From: Candidatus Latescibacterota bacterium
GTDB lineage: Bacteria; Latescibacterota; UBA2968; GCA-2709665
Length of the DNA stretch: 64,000 nucleotides
Direction: 5' to 3'
NCBI GenBank assembly: GCA_963662665.2
Contig: CAXXJS010000025.1
Location: 84,845 to 148,844 of the forward strand
Shown here: positions 62,223 to 64,000 of the stretch, piece by piece
Layout of the letters: every line of letters starts with the position of its first letter
Numbering within the stretch: the first letter of the stretch is position 1
Translations under genes and position numbers: made by a program
The notes under the pieces: generated by a model
Database searches by the model: none
Seen by the model: only the letters and a program-made list of their open reading frames with translations
What the model was told of the DNA's origin: nothing

Positions 62223-64000
62223 ATGAAATCCCGACGCACGCTGCATACAGACGATGAAGTCCGCAGGATGAAGGACCAGGTGGAGGGGTTTCCCGCGGCG
62301 AGGAAAATCGCCGATGAGATCGTGGACCGGGCGGAGGTCTGGGCGAAACTGGACGACGCGTACGTACGCGACCTGCCGCCACCGGCGGACATATACCGGG
62401 GCTTTCTGCCGTCTTTCGACGGGTGCCCGATTCACGGCGAGGCCGTTTTCCAGGCGCCCGGGGGGCCCTGGAAGGCGGATATCTTCAACCGACCGTGGAA
62501 AATCAAATGTTCCGTGGGCGGCGAAGAGTACCCTTCGAACGACTTTATGGCGTATTACAGGACCGGCGACCGCGCCCTGCTTACTGGCGACTATGCCGAC
62601 GACGGGATGGGCTGGGACCCCGGGGACGGGCGGTCGCGGTTCTGGTTCGTCGCGCACTATTGTTATCGCCTCTGGCACCAATTGATCCCGGCGCTCCAGG
62701 ACCTCGGACGCGCGTATCTGATCACCGGGGATGCGCGGTACGGCCGGAAGGGCGCGATCCTGCTGGACCGTATGGCCGCGCTGTTTCCCACCATGGACCA
62801 CGCCGCGCAGTCCTGGTACGGTCTGAACTATCAGAAAGGATATACGGGGCGGTTTCTGTATGCCGTTCAGGAGTCGTTCAACATCGGACTTTATGCCGAA
62901 GCGTACGACAATCTGTTTCCTGCGTTGCAGACCGAAAGCGATGTGCACGCGTTTCTGGACAAGGAACCTGAAACGTTGGTGCGGCACGTGGAAGACAACC
63001 TGGTGCGGCAGTCGGTTCGGGACATCTGGGAGGGAAAGATCCGGGGCAACTACGGGCTGCACCAGGCCTCGGCGGTGAAGGCGCTGGTGGTGATCGACGA
63101 CGAGGCATTCACGGATTGGGCGATAGAAAAACTGGAGAGATATACGGGATGCGGGCCCACAACCGAGGTTTGGGCGTACGGCGTTGAGGGATGGGATCAC
63201 GCGCTGGACAATTTCCTGTTTCGGGACGGTGTCTCGTTCGAGGTGGCAATCGGTTACTCGGCGGGCTGCTGGACACGGAATATGATGGATACGGACCTGG
63301 TTCTGGAGCGCCTGGGCAAACGCCGACTTCCGGGAGAACACGTGCGATCGCTGGGCAGTTGGTCGCGGCGGCTGGCGTGCTGGGGCGGAAAGATGCCGGC
63401 CATCGCGGATACGGGCGCGGAAGCCACCTATCCCATGCTGGACATCTCATCGCTTCAGAGATTCTTCCGGGGTTACGGATGGCCGGAGTACGCCCGCGCG
63501 CTCTTGAACGTGGGCGCGACGGACGAAAGCGGGTTCCGGAGTTACGACGACCTGTTCGAATTACCCCTGACGCGAGCCGAACTCGAGCACGCCGCGAGCG
63601 ACCTGCCGCAATGGCCGGAAACGAGTGATAACCTCGGCGGGACAGGATTCGTGATCCTGCGCAGCGGGCAGCCGGAAAATCAGCTGGCAACTGTTCTCCA
63701 GTACGGACACGCCAACGCCGGCCACGCCCATCGGGACCGGTTGAATCTGGAGGTCATCGCCGGCGGCAAACGCGTCGTGCCCGATACGGGTTATCCCAGC
63801 CACGCCGCAGAACACCCGGACCCGCCGGCCTGGGAGAAGAATACCGTCAGCCACGTCACCGTGGTTGTGAACGAGAGCCGGCAGGACACGGCGGACGAGG
63901 GCCGCCTTGAGCGGTTCGGCACCGCCCCGCACGTGCAGCACGTGGAGCTTTCGGCGCCTCGGGCCTACCTGGGCGTCGACGTGTATCGACGCGGCGTGAC
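62223..64000 (+). CDS. heparinase II/III-like polysaccharide lyase family protein, 3'-truncated by the window edge
   Basis: My own translation from ATG 62223 (AAGGAA SD) is open to position 64000: MKSRRTLHTDDEVRRMKDQVEGFPAARKIADEIV... It contains YGHANAGHAHRDRLNLEV, typical of the heparinase II/III C-terminal domain. It is not in the supplied ORF track because no stop is reached. Confidence 0.7.
   Translation, partial: MKSRRTLHTDDEVRRMKDQVEGFPAARKIADEIVDRAEVWAKLDDAYVRDLPPPADIYRGFLPSFDGCPIHGEAVFQAPGGPWKADIFNRPWKIKCSVGGEEYPSNDFMAYYRTGDRALLTGDYADDGMGWDPGDGRSRFWFVAHYCYRLWHQLIPALQDLGRAYLITGDARYGRKGAILLDRMAALFPTMDHAAQSWYGLNYQKGYTGRFLYAVQESFNIGLYAEAYDNLFPALQTESDVHAFLDKEPETLVRHVEDNLVRQSVRDIWEGKIRGNYGLHQASAVKALVVIDDEAFTDWAIEKLERYTGCGPTTEVWAYGVEGWDHALDNFLFRDGVSFEVAIGYSAGCWTRNMMDTDLVLERLGKRRLPGEHVRSLGSWSRRLACWGGKMPAIADTGAEATYPMLDISSLQRFFRGYGWPEYARALLNVGATDESGFRSYDDLFELPLTRAELEHAASDLPQWPETSDNLGGTGFVILRSGQPENQLATVLQYGHANAGHAHRDRLNLEVIAGGKRVVPDTGYPSHAAEHPDPPAWEKNTVSHVTVVVNESRQDTADEGRLERFGTAPHVQHVELSAPRAYLGVDVYRRGV

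Noticed and set aside
1-64000. CRISPR arrays, rRNA and tRNA genes.
   Set aside because: No regularly spaced direct repeats, and no rRNA- or tRNA-like conserved blocks, were seen on either strand in a visual pass. A tRNAscan/Infernal run would be needed to be definitive.

Overview
This is a 64-kb bacterial chromosomal segment, mostly high-GC by eye. I found no rRNA, tRNA or CRISPR array. Motif recognition below is from memory, not from searches.

**Layout**
- 1-17.7 kb: co-directional (+) enzyme genes. They include two AAC(3)-like acetyltransferases (one fused to a TIM barrel), S15, M55 and M3 peptidases, a Kelch protein, a crotonase plus acyl-CoA ligase plus PhyH dioxygenase trio, an amidohydrolase and oxidoreductases.
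- 18.1-23.1 kb: a receiver-domain::glutamate dehydrogenase fusion, followed 52 bp later by a 1090-aa hybrid histidine kinase (PAS-HisKA-HATPase-REC-REC-HPt).
- 23.1-38.5 kb: a visibly more AT-rich block with every gene on the + strand. It holds an intact hicBA pair, four decayed toxin-antitoxin-type modules and many small-molecule-modifying enzymes (2 HAD, 2 SAM methyltransferases, 2 APH-like kinases, sulfotransferase, GNAT, VOC, SGNH). It also holds an ankyrin protein and an APH-like kinase gene overlapping a CHAT (caspase-like) protease gene.
- 38.6-40.5 kb: a DUF2157 plus GDYXXLXY membrane-protein pair.
- 40.7-57.2 kb: high-GC minus-strand genes (beta-propeller protein, SAF oxidoreductase, M50-like, PurO-like, class A beta-lactamase-like, NadE and others). 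An intact IS630-family element abutting a 163-bp MITE derivative interrupts this block.
- 57.3-62.2 kb: a second AT-richer islet with a NotI-fold restriction enzyme, a Dam-like methylase and a small protein plus ComEC-type MBL hydrolase pair.
- Right edge: a heparinase II/III-like gene runs off the window and is absent from the ORF track.

**Most interesting candidates**
- the REC-GDH phosphorelay
- the kinase/CHAT pair
- the MBL two-gene module next to the R-M system

Mosaic intergenic repeats occur at about 12.0, 16.3-16.5 and 42.7-42.8 kb.
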